Positions 22,801 through 41,900 of a DNA stretch of 64,000 bases are shown one piece after another. The stretch's first letter is position 1. Each line of letters starts with the position of its first letter. The DNA is from Lepidodermella squamata. Its lineage: Eukaryota > Animalia > Gastrotricha. A program made the position numbers and the translations under genes. The DNA is taken from positions 2,728,001-2,792,000 of the forward strand of contig JBLDXI010000009.1 of NCBI GenBank assembly GCA_047495785.1, read 5' to 3'. The notes below the pieces were generated by a model. The model worked only from the letters and a program-made list of their open reading frames with translations, did no database searches and had not been told where the DNA came from.

Positions 22801-25800
22801 TGGGACGTGAATTTGGCATTACGGGAAGACGTGAAAGCTACGTTTTAGGAAAATCTTGGGCTGACGCTCCATATAGCTAGTGTTGGAACCCTAAGTTTAG
22901 ACAATATATACTCGTCTCACTGTGTAAACTGAAACTCTCTCTTGCCACAATATTTACTTTGTCTTCTGCCTGAAAAAACCTATAGCATTGGCTCATCACC
23001 TTTGAATATCGTTGTTCCAGCATGCGAATACGTAATAGTATGGGCTTCTTTACATGGAAAATAATTACTTCGTACGCACAGGTTGTCTGTTTGGTAAATA
23101 ACAGCTTTTGAATCAGGTTTTTGTCTCGGAAGAATATAACTTTTTGCGCTGAAAATTAAGAAGGAGCCTTATTTTGGAATCTAACCTCTATTGAGTGGCT
23201 TCAGTCAGATCTGGCTTTTAGAGTTCAACCATATTTTCATTACATTTTCTACTGTCGTCGTGTTTGAAAATTCACGTGATTTTAAAAATCCTCGCTGTTG
23301 ATGAAGGGGGTTTTAGCGAATATTTAATTAACTTGGTCGAATGTTTATTAGATAGATAGATCTTCAGACGGTGCCTATGCCGTGCACTTCAGAAGGGACA
23401 AAAACTATTTTTCGCACCGGGTGGAAGAATTTAAATAATAATATTATGCGAATATTAAGCCTAAGGGACACTTCAAACATTGTTTGTATAATAAATTAGT
23501 CACTCGTCATCGAGCTGCTCTTAAATTCGCCCGAATCCCCTAGATAGCAATGAACTGCTGCTAAAATAAATCATAATTTAGATTTTTTTTTATCAATTGT
23601 CTATTTTTTCGGCTCTACCTCACAACGTCGGTAAGTGCAAGTTTATTACTGACAATTTTCGAAAATTAGGTCATCGCTCTAGGGATTTATTGCTTACGTG
23701 GGTCCGCAGTGGGTCAAATGGTGGCTTCTATGGAATATTGTTTCATTTAATCAGCTATTCCCTTTATGCGTACTTTTTATGCGTTGTAATGACCGTGCAC
23801 ACCGTATCCGCGTTCGATTGATTTTGAAATTTTACAATATATAACAAACAATAAATTGCACAATTATAATAATATTATAACACTATTATTCACCAGCGCT
23901 TGCGTGGCCCTCCATGTTGATTGCTTCGTGCTGTATTTCGCCATGACCTGTATTCACCTACCGTGATACTATGAAATAGTATATGCCCTCAGCCTGTTTT
24001 TCCGGGCACACGTACAGCCACTAAGCAACGTGTGTGCTGACTGCTGCCGCTAAACAATCATCGATATTGATATTATTTGCAGTAAAAATTATTTTTGCAC
24101 CCATATGAATGTCTTGCAGAAAAGTGAATTGTACTCAATGTCCAATTCTATCAATCCGCCTGGTTCTGAATTCTAATAATTATCTCATTTCCTATAAATT
24201 AATAGCTAATCGCTTGTTTTAAAATTAATAATTTTGATCGGATATTTTTTTGAAATCAGGGCTCTCATTAATTACAGTCTAATTAATTAGCTTTAAAACA
24301 GACATATAAAAAATCCCTTCAATGAGGATGCTTCGTGCAAAGAGCTTTTTCGGTTTTTTCTAATCAATCCATACTTATTTTAGCTTCATTATTTTATAGC
24401 TTCAGGCTTCTAAGCTTATATAAGAGCGGATTTTTTTTGTTTCACTTGGCAAATATAGATTCGTCTCATGAGGCCAGCGCCTTATTTGAAGTGAAATCGT
24501 TGCTTCCTCTCACCTTGGTTAAGACACATGAATCTCACACTATGATTCATGCGATTCATAAGAATTTATAGTCCCTTATCAAATTTCATTAATGAACGCG
24601 TGAATTCTTGAGGTATCCCCTAAACATCAGTGCGAGCGATTTAAACGTCTCTTGTTTCTTTTAATAACATCATTTCCCTGTCCATAACAATTCAGCCCAT
24701 TTTAATGTTTTTGAGATCAACTGTACACATTTTATTAGATGAGTCTCTTCAGCTGAAACTCTGAATGTTGGAAGATAAGCTTAACCCCATATCGATTAAT
24801 ATTTAATAATCGCACCTAGGCATAGAGATAAAAAATTCTGGTGAATAGGTTAAATTTTTGCTGATTGCCGATTTTCACGCCTCCTGGGCATTGCGCCTCA
24901 TTACAATACCCCACTTGTGCAGTGTATCGAGATTGATCATTACTGCGAATTGAAAATTATGGCTCAATAATTAAAATCGCTGGATTTCAGCCCACGGCAT
25001 TTGTGATGAAGCTTCGTTTTTTTCCTTAAGGGATCAGGCAAAATACACTGCTCGTTTTTTAATCAACCTGACTTAAAAGGTATGAACGATCTGTTGCCCT
25101 TAACTTGCCCGAAATTAATTACTCGGCTTTTTTAGCTTTTATCGGCTCAATAGTTTTTTTTACTCGAAGCGTTTGAGCGCTTATAATAAAAAAATTCGTC
25201 CTCACCTCGGGCAATTGCACTAATAAGTCTTATTTTAATTTCAAGTTTTAACATTATTAAGCTCGTATTTACGAGTCTATTTTTTCCAATTTGCAAGTTG
25301 CCAGCAAAATTTGATATGAGAGCAAAAGATAATTGATAGGTGTGATGTTGCAAAAATGCGTGGCAATCATGAGGCACGCGGTTGCTAATCGTTAATGAGC
25401 TCTTCATTTTCGCGCTGCGTCCTGATCGCGATATGATCAAAGCGTGCGAACATGAGATAATTGCTTGCGCGTAAAACCTCGCGTATATATGACTAAAACT
25501 TGTTCATCTTGTTGTTATTATTATTGTCATTAATTCAAGCTTTTGATTTCGCGTCGTGTTAAATTGCTTTCAAGCTAGTTCGGAAGCTTGTTCAGTTTAA
25601 TCATAGTCAGAGTTGAAATTTCAAAAATTTAAGCGGAAATTTTTCTCTTCGCTACTTGGGGACAACACTACATGTCATTCCTCTTTAACATCAATCAATT
25701 TTATCTATAGATGATTTTTCTTTGAAAAAATATTATGCTTGCCAGTGCGACAAAGCTGTCGATGTACAGCGCCGATTTAGTTTGTCATTCAACTGCGATT

Positions 25801-25824
25801 ATTTAGCCGCCCTAAAAAGCAGAA

Positions 25825-29998
<4,174 letters not shown>

Positions 29999-32900
29999 TA
30001 TTGAAAAATTGTTAATGTTATTATATATACACCGCATCTGTGCCATGAAAAAATTTCATCCGAAATGCCTATGATTGATAAGAAAATTTTCCGCCGGAAA
30101 ATCTTTCAGCTGTATATATACATGACTTTCTCGTTCTCGATATTCGTAATTGTAATTTCATCAAATTTCGGCTGTTGCTTCAACGTTTGCTTAAAGTATT
30201 AATACGGTAAAATATTATATTATATTTATGAAATTTTAAAACCATGGAAAAAATGAGCAGCAATAAAAGAGACCGTAATACGCAACTGGGTCAATCTTCT
30301 CGCAACTTTTCTCGAACGTGTTTCATCCTCAGCTTATTAAGGGCAAGCGAAAATCACGCCCACAGACAAAGGGCGCCGCTCTTAATGCCGGATGATTGGT
30401 TTGTCTCGCTAAATTTAGCTGAGCGATCATTAATTCCCTATTTATTGTCTATTTATAAGCAATTATTTCATTTAGCTGCCTGTATAATGAAAACATCAAA
30501 GGCGGTGAAACATATCAGCGGGTTCACATGGCGATCGACTGCACTAAATACCTGAGCGTATGTGAAAACACGGGAGAAGGGAATTTGTTATCTTATATAT
30601 CAGGATCGATTACTTAATTGCGTGCTCCATGTCAGTCATTAGCTAAATGCATCGATTATATGCGCGATCGGTCAATTTGATTGATTGATTGACGGCGTGT
30701 TTATAAATAAACGTCAAGTTATTTAGTAACTGCGTTGTTATAGAGAGATACAAATATCGATACATGGATACTACCAATATATTTATCGCACGGAGCCGCG
30801 ATCACGCGTGTGCGCAATAACGCGTCGGTGTTGCGTGAAAGCGCGCACAAAATATGCGCGCGCGCCAGTCGAAAATTTGCCAAAATCGCACTTATGGAGT
30901 GCGCCGTCAAATCACTTTGCGATGATAATAAAAATAAACACAGGTCTCAATTTGCGTAACAAAGCCGTTGCAAACGAGCCTAAATACAGGTGAAACTTGG
31001 GCGTGCACTGAATAAAAGAAAGATTCGTATATTCATTTCACCTTCTAGAGTTGGTCAGGGTTGGAACTCAACCCATATTCCATCGCCATCAACCAAAAAT
31101 TTTCACAATTTAGCCCAATCATCGACAGTTTTTCTTATCATTATCGAGCAAACGACAAATTTGAGATTATTCCTCTTGATTTTGGTGCTCTCTGAGCTAA
31201 AATTCTTAAATCATCCTCCTTAATTTACTAGTTTGCGCTATTTCGCGTACTTTTTATTTTTCGCTTAATTTTCTCTTCCGAGTGACCACCAGCTTTCTTA
31301 ACGGCTCTTTTGAGTCGAGCCTGTAAATCCGAGTTCGATTTCTAAAATCGATATGCATACCCGAGGCTTCCATTTACCTTGAAACGTTTTTAGTTGTTTG
31401 CGCACTCAGAAGAAAAATTCCGGAATATCGGCATGAGTTTTTTGAAATAATAAATATTGGCCGAAATTATTAAAAACTTGTGCGATTTTTCTCTTTGATG
31501 AAAAGTGACTGTGTTAAGGGGGTCCCATTTTATGGCTCATTTAGAGACAATTCAGTCACCCCCAACCTTGCAAATTTATCATACCAAATAGCTCCCTTGT
31601 TAGTCTCTCAAGTCAGAAAACAAATGTAACGCATTCCCATCGGTGCTTTGTATTTTATTTTTCTCGCACAGGACGGGAACGAATCGCAGGGAATTGGAAG
31701 TTAATAGCGACCGGAAAAGTAAGAAGGTAGCAAACTAATTTGCGATTCATCGAGTGCCGCGTGCATAGGAAACAGACGCAGTTTGCTCGGTATTGGGAAA
31801 ATCACCCGCAACAGGCCTCAAATAAACGCATACTCAGCAACAACTAGATTAGAACCCGAAATACGCTCGAGTCGTTTGCGGCCATATTATCAGCATCGGT
31901 GCGCCGATCGGCTGCTGATTTGCGGACGGGTGCGGACTTGGAACGCCGCGGTCTGTTGATGACGCCGGTGATGATGCCTAAATCATCGCCTTTTGATGGG
32001 CTGCTACTCGCTGATGCGCGATATGTTGGCTGCTGCTACATATAGCAAACAATTTAATCGTCGTCATTAAGCTCTCGCGCTCGCCAATCATCGCCCGGCG
32101 GCGCCCAGGTATGCGCGAGCGCGTTGTAGCGCGCATGTGGCGCAATGTTCGCGCGGCTTCGCTTTATACCGTGACGTGATTTATAGCCAACTTATCATCA
32201 CCCGGGACTATTGGATTGGTTGCCGAAGAATAGGGACGGGCGCGCGCGGCTAATAAACTCCTAAACAGCTAATAAAGCAAGCGCCGATGAAGCGAGACGC
32301 CGCGCCGCGCAGCACATGATGATAATAATGAAGCGACTAATGATAGGCTGTTCAAGCCACCAAAGGTGCGCACTGGAAACGTGGAACCGATTGCGGTATA
32401 TAATACCTACGCCCATTCTCGGTGTTTATTGCCAGGGCGCAAGCCTAATTGGCAGCCGGCCATTCATCACGGCAACACCCCGTTTTGCGGTCATCATCAT
32501 CATCAGCCTCATCATAAAGCGTGATTTTTCACCCAAAATCATAACAATCCAAAGTCAGACCTCAATGCCAACATATTCTGCATATAGTTGAATTTTTGTC
32601 TGAAATCAGATTCTTTCATTATTTAGAGGTCTCAATTTCGCACTAGATAAACGTGTCCTCATACGTGCACGACAAGTTTGAAAAATATTGATGTTGAGTT
32701 GCCCGCATATTTTAATTATCCGACTTATTGCAAGCAAATTATCTTAGCCTACCCATCTTGTTCCATCTTAAGAAACTTACGAATCAACAACGCAAATCGC
32801 GGATTATTGCTTTCTTAAGCTTCGAAATAAATATTGTACAAGAGGTCATTTCCGCGCGCGCGTTTTCGCCTTCTTGGGTGTATAATGTTCGCGGATTACA

Positions 32901-33072
32901 TTACTGCGATGACGCTTCATTGAGCGCCAGCTTTCGTCGACTCATCTTTGTCGGCGAGTCGAGCTTTTTTATCGCGCTCGCTCATCGAAGCGCGTCTGCG
33001 CTCGTCCTGTCGACGCGCAGCTTTGATGCGCGCGCGCACATTGCCGCCGCCTTAAATTGCTCGCACACTTTT

Positions 33073-33207
33073 TCACACCTCACACATGCAAGCAGGCGCT
33101 GTCGGTGGGGCGAAATCATTAGGCGCTTAATTGAGATCGCTGGAACTCGCACCCGAGGGCAACCATAGTGCGGCGACCAGCCACGCCTTGTTAACACCTT
33201 GACACAC
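33073..33207. promoter_or_regulatory. Clustered T-box half-sites in the Tbx1 proximal promoter
   Basis: TCACACCT at 33073-33080 is followed by CACACAT. TAACACCT at 33192-33199 abuts TGACACAC. A TATA-like ATATATA lies at ~33239. Confidence 0.45.
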
Positions 33208-33281
33208 ACACCCTTAATTTCACCCGTTTTTTTACCGAATATATAGCCGTTTACTGCTCTATTAATAAAAAAACCCACACC

Positions 33282-35205
33282 ATGAAACGACCTGCTAAGC
33301 GAGCTGCATCTGACGCTGGTGATGAGTTGCTGCTAGTCGATGACAACAAAGTCGACGGTGGTAAGCCGAAACAGGCGAAAATGGGCGGTAACAAGTCTAG
33401 CAACCGGACGGGCGGCACCTCAAATGCCGCCGGGTCATCAACACCTTCCCTACCACTCCATGCAAAACTGGCCCATATTCGAGCATCACTCGAGGGCAAA
33501 GAACTGTGGCAAGAATTCGATGAACTCGGAACGGAGATGATTGTAACGAAAGCTGGGCGAAGAATGTTTCCAACTTTTCAAGTTCGACTGTCGGGCATGG
33601 ATCCTACTGCGACGTACACGATTCACCTGGATTTTGTCCCGGTCGAGGATAAACGATTCCGCTATTCGTTTCAAACTTCGAGCTGGGTTGTAGCCGGAAA
33701 GTCGGACCCACACGGACCTCCGCGAATTCATGTAAACTCTCAGAAACTAGATTTGAAACTTTTTCAATCATGTTTATTTTTGCAGTACCATCCTGACTCC
33801 CCTGCGCGTGGGATTCATTGGATGAAACAGGTTGTATCTTTCGACAAGTTGAAGCTTACTAACAACCCAATGGATGAGAATGGATATGTAAGCTCGATGA
33901 CACTGTAATTCGTTTTATTCTATTTTTTTTAATTTTTTTTCAGATTATTTTGAACTCGATGCACAAGTACCAGCCCCGTTTGCACATTTTCTACCATCCC
34001 GATCAAAGCGCCGCCGCGGATGCAAGCAATCCAAGCGCTTCATTGGAGGAAATTACCCGTCGCTATTCGATTATTAGGACGTTCGTGTTTGCCGAGACAA
34101 AATTCATGGCCGTAACAGCCTATCAAAATCAACGCGTAAGTTCTAGATACGTGAATTTCCGCTGGGGACATAACTTAAAATCGGAATTTATTCTAGATTA
34201 CTCAACTCAAAATCGCTAGTAATCCTTTCGCGAAAGGATTTCGAGATTGCGACGCCGAGGATTGGTGAGAAATTAATTTTCTTAATTGATTATGACTAAT
34301 TAGTAAATTGTTTCTAGCATGGCTGAGGTGTTCAGCCATATGAACTCGCTTATCAATAATCCCCTCGCTGCAGCGGCCGTGGCGTCTGTAACTGGCTCGG
34401 CGCCTTCAACCTCCGTATCGCCAAATGATCCTTCAATTAGCAAACGCGCGAAAGGTATGCGTAATTTAGTAGTAAAAAAAATCATCCCTGATGAAAAAAA
34501 ATTCTTTCAGGCGGGAAAGATGGGTCGAAAAATCGTGGTAGCCCAACAATGGTCGGCCATCATCAGCACTACGACCAGGGGAATAATAACCATTACAGCC
34601 AACACCAGCCGACTGATTATTCCTGCAATAATATGGCGCAAAATCACCAGGCGTTTGGAAATCTAGGCAATTCTAGCGATCCGTCAGCGGCTGCTGCGGC
34701 TCTGCTGGTCAACCAGGCCGCGGCGCTGAGCCGAGCCGCTGTTGCCGCCGCTGCTCTTTCGAGCTTCACACAGGGTGCCTACAACGTTCAGCCGTCTCAG
34801 TCCACCCTGCATCAATCGGGCGGCTATGACCCATCAGCCATGCTCGCCTCGGCCTGGCAGCAACAACAGCAGCAACAACAACAGGCCTACAGCGCTTTAG
34901 TCACCCAAGCTCTGGTGGCGAAAAGTAACAACACCGCGAAATTAGCTCATTCGCCTAATAATTCGGGTGGCTATTACGGTTCGAAGTTTTCCGGGAATGA
35001 TCAACCCTTGGCGCTGACCAGTGGCGCCAGTACCGGGTCTATTTCCGACCTAGCGGCTCCGATGCCGTCGTCGTGCCTCTCGTCGCCGTCCGGCGCCTCG
35101 ACAGCCTCTTCTTCATCGAACCACCACCAAAGTTCATCTTATAGCGACACTAATTTACCAGGCACTCTTATGTCATCGGCCAATGCCGCTGAAAACGATA
35201 ATTAA
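33282..35205 (+). CDS. TBX1: T-box transcription factor, Tbx1/10 (org-1/mls-1) subfamily; six exons
   Basis: [109 protein letters not shown]; Ala/Gln/Ser-rich tail. Confidence 0.93.
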
Positions 35206-35971
35206 TCCTATATAATATCTCGCGAAATTATTGTGCCTTGATATTTCATTTGTTGACAAATCTTATGCGCTTAAAAATTAAGGAAAATGCTATTATTTTC
35301 AGTATTATGCAATGGTATATATTATGCAAATTTTTTAAGGTTCTCATCTTTTGTTTCGTTTTTTTTTGCTTGAAACTGCGCACAAGTAGTCTCGTTTTTT
35401 TCAATTTTTTTCGTCTCTTCTTTTACTTCTTGTGCCTTTTAAAAACAACAACAATCAAATAATATTTGCCCGACACGAATGAAATTATCATGTAACTGTG
35501 AAATCGGTTGTACTTCGGATGACAAAAAAATAAAGCAAAATATTTGAATTCCTGTTTATTATTTCTGATTTTTTTTCGATCACATGAACAGAAACTTGAC
35601 GCATGAGATACTTCGGTCAGATGATATCCCACGGCGAAAACACAGCAGTTTTAATGATTAATTATTTGGAAAGCAACTAATACAACTTCGCTTAGTATCA
35701 AAAACACGGCCATGATTGGAAAGAAATTTTCGTGAATAATAACTAGGACAAGCAGATCATAATTCTTCATCGTCTATGATAAGAAGACCAGCAGTGCAAG
35801 TCACGTTTTCAACGCACCAGGCAACAAATTATCTGGATCACGGCAATCAAACGCAAATAAAACGCACAATAAACAGAAATTTAAATTGACATCGAATAGA
35901 ACCGATAAAAGCAAGTTTCTCAGCGCGTTAAACGAATATACGGGATGCGAATAGGAACGTTCCCCAATTGT

Positions 35972-38900
35972 TCAATGATGCTCCAAATCGTGGCTTTGAT
36001 GTAGATAATCGATGTAGAGTTGTTGCTATATTGGGAAGAAATTGCAAAAATTTTAAAAATTTAGCCTAGCTTGCACTAAAATTTAAGATTTAAAACAATT
36101 TAAAAATTAAAATTAAAATTTTTAAAAATTTAGGGTCCAAGCACTAAATTTGAGGCTCCATCCTAATTAGTTTCCCGATAACAAGTTTTTTTCGGTTTTC
36201 ACGTCCTTCCTACAATCTATCATGCCCAAACGATATATCTCACTGCAACGCGTATTTTGCGCCTTGAGCGGTCAATTTACGATTTATAATTTATCCTGCA
36301 AAGCCGATATCGATTCCATGTATCGATTTTACAAATCAGTGATTTTTCGATATATTTCGGAGGCATTGCAAATGTTTCAACCGGCTAAAATAAAAACCCC
36401 GGGCCATATGATGCATTATTATCGATCAAGAAACACCGAAAATCGCAAAAAAAATCATGAAAAATGTGCTGTTATGCCAAAAATATTTGGCCTCAAATCT
36501 CGATGTAAAAAAAATAAAAAATCCACCCTAATTTTCAATATTTTCCCATTCTCTTACCTTTTGCGGCTTGACAGTATTTTGGACATAATCCCGGTAGGCT
36601 GCCAATTGTTGCCGATCCTTTCTTGACAACGTGGGCAAGGGGCTAAAGGAAAAATTAACAAAAAAATATTTTCCACACCTCCAATTGATAATTTTTCTTA
36701 CTTATTGTAGTAGCGACCAACGACGAAAATGACAAGGCAGAAGAAAAAGAATATCGCGAGTAGATATGTGATATACCCCGTTGGAATGGCACCGTGGAAT
36801 ACCGCCAGTGGCTGCGAGGCGGACGCCAGCATAACAGCCGCATTAGGTCCGACTAGTAGCTCCAGCTTTTGCGGGCTAATCATGATTGTAGCCGCCGCAA
36901 TGGCGACCCAAACCGGCAGCAGGGCGCCGCAGCTCGTGAACGTCCAGCGGCGCAAGGCTCGGCGCAGATTAATCGAAGCTGCCGATGTGTGTTCTTCGAC
37001 CATTCTATCGACGCGGGCGGCGATGTTATCGCAATCGCGTTCGAGGGTGTTCAGCGTGTTCTGAATTGTTTGGTTGATGGTTTTCTCGATTTCGCGGCAC
37101 ACGTCTTCGATTTGGTTGACGCAACGCGTTTGCTTGCTAGCCATTGTTGGCACGTAAATTGTTGGCATGTCGAAGCAAGTGCGGTTCAGGCCTTTCCGTT
37201 TGCACAATTCTTGAACAACTGCAAAAATAAATCAATGATAAATTGAATAAATTGTTCAAAAATGTCAAAAATGTCAATATAAAGTTAAAACCACGTAGGT
37301 CATTTTCCAGCAAAAATTTATGGAAAATTATAATACAGCGTCAAATGGTGTCAAATCCTTGTTATGATATCGTGAAGAAACTTGTCAACATGGAAAAAAT
37401 CCTGGGATAAACCGGGTAAAAAACTGAATAACCGAAATTTATCGACCGGGCTTATCCAGTTTTCTTCGGCTAATTTCCAATTTTTTAGTAAAATCGGAAA
37501 TTTTTATATGCACAAATGTAACTTCGGATGTCAGCTAATACATTTCTGTAGCTTTAGTTAGGTTTTGAATGACAAATTAGAAGTTTGTAATTCGGGACTT
37601 TTTGGGTCGAACTGGGTCGAAAAATTCAGACGAATCAATTTTACTGGAATGAAGAATTTAGGATGCCACCTTGCGTGCTGAACATTTTCATTCAAGAGGC
37701 AATGGGGCAGTTGATCGACGGTTTTTTTTTGTTAATTCTTATTTATTAGGCGACCTTTACTTACGGTTTATTCAATCTTAAAACAGTGATAATAAAAGTA
37801 AAAAATTCTTTACCGTGCGTAATACAACAATTTTCAAGTTAGGTAATTTCTGTTTCTTAATAATGAATGGATAGTTAACAGAGAGATATCAGGCCTATAT
37901 ATATCGAGGCTCCTGAGGGATTAAAATATCGCTTTCATTTTCATCAATTTTTCTACAAGTTCACAACAACTAAAGCAGCAATGGCTCGTACCTTGGCCGC
38001 CGCTCAGAAGCAAGCTGGAAGCCGACGACCTCCTGTCAAGCCGCGAAAACACCGGGTCCAACGCAAAACCCGGATTTTCTTCACAAATGATGATAAGCAA
38101 CGTTTATGTGATATCGCAAAACGGCACATTCCGGTCATCGAAGACAAGTCGCTAACGGTCGACACGACGGGTGCGAAAAGTAATGCCTGGGCGGCGATTA
38201 CGCAAAGCAGCGCGGCGTCGGAAAACGCCCCGCTCATACGCTCAGCGATCTCAAGAATCTATGGACCCGCATTGTCTACAAGCTGAAAGAACAGATCCGT
38301 CAAGAAGCGAAAAAGCCGGCCCCTGGTGGTGGCGAAGATGGCAATTTCGTTTTTTTTTTAACTCTACGAATTAACGATTCTAAATCAGATCCAGCGTGTC
38401 ACGCCGACTGCCCTGTTGTTCGTTGATATCCACCAGTCGCGAAAAATCGCCAAGTTATCAGAAGATGAAGCATTGTCGATATGGACTTGTTCCTCGCCGT
38501 CCTCCGACGACGCAGGCTTCCACCTATGAATTTTTTTTACTGCTTTCTTGGTGAAGCGATAGCGAAGGTAAAGTGATCACCGCTATAGGCCGAGAACGGG
38601 TTAGACCTGTCACGAGTTACCCGTTCGCGGTTGAGCAGGGGCATTCTGATTATTTAAGCACCAGGCTTGAGAATTGATGGCAGAGAAATAGGCGCAATTG
38701 TTGCATTCAAGCATATCATTGTTCCACAACAACCCGAATCGCGAATTAATTAAATGCATTTTTTATAATAACTTGAATAGACTTCGATCAACCGCGGAAA
38801 ACCGTGAATTTTAAATGTCAACCATTGTTTAGACCTTTTCTAATTTTAAACTTCTGTTAGAGTAAATAACAAACGTCATAGTCAAAAAACCGTCAATCAA

Positions 38901-41900
38901 CTACCCTTTTCATTTCCATTAGTTCGGTCTATTCCCGACACAATAAAATCGATCACTTTTTCGCGATCACTTACTTTGCATCATAACCCGCTGACGGTCG
39001 GTTTCATTGCCAGCCTCGTCGGCCTTGCTCAGATAGAAGCGGATCTTATCAGCGTGCTCTTCATGCAACGCTTCGACCAAATTCAGCGTGCGCTTGCACA
39101 ATGCCTGGCCAATCGGGTCAAAGAACACGAAAATGCGATCCGCCGAATTCGCACCCATCCACAAAATCGCCTTATTCACATCAAACGGATCTGAAAAAAA
39201 TTCAAAATAAAAAAACCTCCTTAAAAATTCATAAATTTCAACTCACAAATCATGTCACCATCGACTAAACCAGGCGTATCGATAAACGTCACAAGGTTGA
39301 ATTTCTTCGCCTTTGAAGTTGAAATTTCCGTGGTTAGGTAATCCGGGACACCTTAACAAATCAAACAATTGAACTTTTCTGTTAAATTTTAGCCAATTCT
39401 ACTGATTTCACTCGATTTCTATTCTAACCTTACCAATTAGCAGGTACACCTGTAAGCTAAACAGAAAGGCGGTGCAGGAAAAGTGCAACAGAAATAACAT
39501 TGAAATAAATGGGGGAAAAAGGGGGGTGAAAAGTGCTGAAGCTCGAGTCGATACAGTCCGACTACAGCCCTTCGACTGGCAGCTATCCGTTGCTAATTTT
39601 CGTAGAGTGAAAAATGTGCAAGGTGCAGGTGCGATTTAAATAAAATTAAGGCAAAGCAGCGGCGATGGCGGCGGACGAACACAACATATAGATAATAAGC
39701 ACATTTAGCACACACAAAAATTACAAGGTGAGTAGGCCGGAAAGCAGCCAATGGAGGGGCCGCAGCCAGCGGTGTGAAACTGAACGACTTCGAGACAGGG
39801 TGGAAAAGCGGTGGTGAAATAAAAATAGGCAACAAAATATGTGCGGAAAAAAGCGGAAAAGCTAACGAAAAAAATGAACAATTTTTTCGCGCCAACCTGT
39901 AATCGAGCGCAATTTCTCCAGATGTGGGTACAAATGCAGCGTGGCGTTGCCCTGTCATACAAAAAATGTCAGTTTTTTTTAATAATTAGATCAAGGCGGT
40001 TGTATTAGTGTTAACAAATGAGCGCAATTATTGCTACGAGTTAGTTAGTTAGTTGTTATAATACCGTTAGCGTTTCGCGCTTTTTGCCGCTGGTAATGAG
40101 CGTGAAGCCTTGCGTCTCGATGGCGACGCCGGTGCGTTGGACGTGCTCCTCGATGTACCAATTAACGAAGGTTGACTTGCCCGCCGAGTGGTTGCCGATC
40201 ATTAGGATGATAATCTTCTTGCGCGGCGGCAGCAGCTGGATTCCCACGGCTTCGGCGATCTTGATTAGACCTGTTCATTCCCACGTTAATAATTGGGAAC
40301 GCAAAGAATTTCGTATTAGACATTGCTTTTTTTTAATAAGAACTCCTTCTTGCAAGCGCCGAAGTTTTTTCCAAATAAATTACGGTAAAAGGGCTAACAA
40401 ATTGAATTGTGATAGTATTGATAAAATCTGAACTTTTTCCATTAAACCGAGCTAGCTTTAAACTCCTTAGTCCTTACACGAAAAAGTGGGAAATATCGAG
40501 AAAAATAAGGCTATTCACACCTATTCAATACCATATCATAGGGTGAATCCTACTTTGCCAATAAGAGGATAATGAAACCCTTTCCTTTCCCTTTCGAATA
40601 TATTTTTCGATATTCGAGGAATAAAACATAGCTTAAAAACCTTTCCAAGCCTTCGCATGGAGAAACCATCAAATAAAGCAAAAAATATGAATATTTCGCA
40701 ATATTTCGCAATAGGTAATTCAAACTTAATTATAGGCCTACGCACCCTTTTTCAATTTTGCAGAATTTGGCGAGTAATTTCTCCAATTTTTATAAAATCC
40801 CAACTTGCTGAAACCTTCTCTCATCCGTAAACCAGATGAAGACTGGTTCGGTAATTATCGGTATTTTACCCGGTTGGGCCCGAATTCTCCGGATTTTAAA
40901 TTTCCATCGACAAATTACATACTAAAATACTCTCCTCAAGTCATTTTCTGGCCATGAGATTTGGAAAAAGTAAGAATTCTTTGACTAAAATATCGATATT
41001 CAAGACGGAAAGAGATGAAAATCTGCATCCCTGCATGGATTAAATAAGAGAATGGCTAAGTTGTATTGAACAAAAGAATGATCGTCAATTCAAACAATCG
41101 TCAAAACTTCAAGTATTTCCGAAAAACTTTCAAACGATCTTCAGCAATAAAATGACGAAAACTGACGAGGGCCGACGAAAAATCACAACAAAATAACAAT
41201 TTCGACTTCAGTATTTGGGATAAAAATTGTAAAAATAAGAGTAGGCTATGAAGGCATTCGGTTCCGAGAAAGAATTCGCCGAAAGTAAAAATGAGAGAAG
41301 GCCGAAAGTCGAAACGCGCGCTAGCTGCATTCAGATCATTAGCCGATCGATTAAGGCAGATTACCACGGCGAACTGCACAAGATGCGATCGCAAGAAATC
41401 GCCGCGGTAAACAAACCGCTTGCAGCAGTAAGAGCGTCGACAAGTGACGAAGGCCAGCGAGAGCGCATCGCGGCTATACAAATGGCAGGCTAATCGAGCT
41501 AATAGCCATAACAGCTAAATCGATTATCGACCGCGTGTTTACGTGCGCAATCAAAAATTCATCGCTCATCTTTCAAGCAGAAATTTTTTCGTACAAAAAC
41601 ACATAATTTAAGGTAGTAATATAAATGTGGAAAATGTGTTTATTTATTTTTAGGCAGCAATAATTATAGCATTTAATGCGCTTAAAAATGGCTATATTCG
41701 AGTCGTTTATTGGACAGGCCATATAGCACATGGCGGGAGATTTATATGATGTTTTAATATCAATAACAACAACACGTCGCGGAAACCAGCAACGTACCTT
41801 TTTCCGGGTTTGTATACAGCGAGTGGCATTGGCGCAGAATTTTCTCGTTTATCGTCAAGTTGGCCTCCTCGACCAGCTGCGAGGCGGTTTTGCCGGCCGC

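Noticed and set aside
41101-41493. Overlapping ORFs in intron 1 of the GTPase gene as an alternative first exon or nested gene
   Set aside because: The donor phase does not match exon 2 and no domain is recognisable; it is probably a regulatory GC-rich patch.
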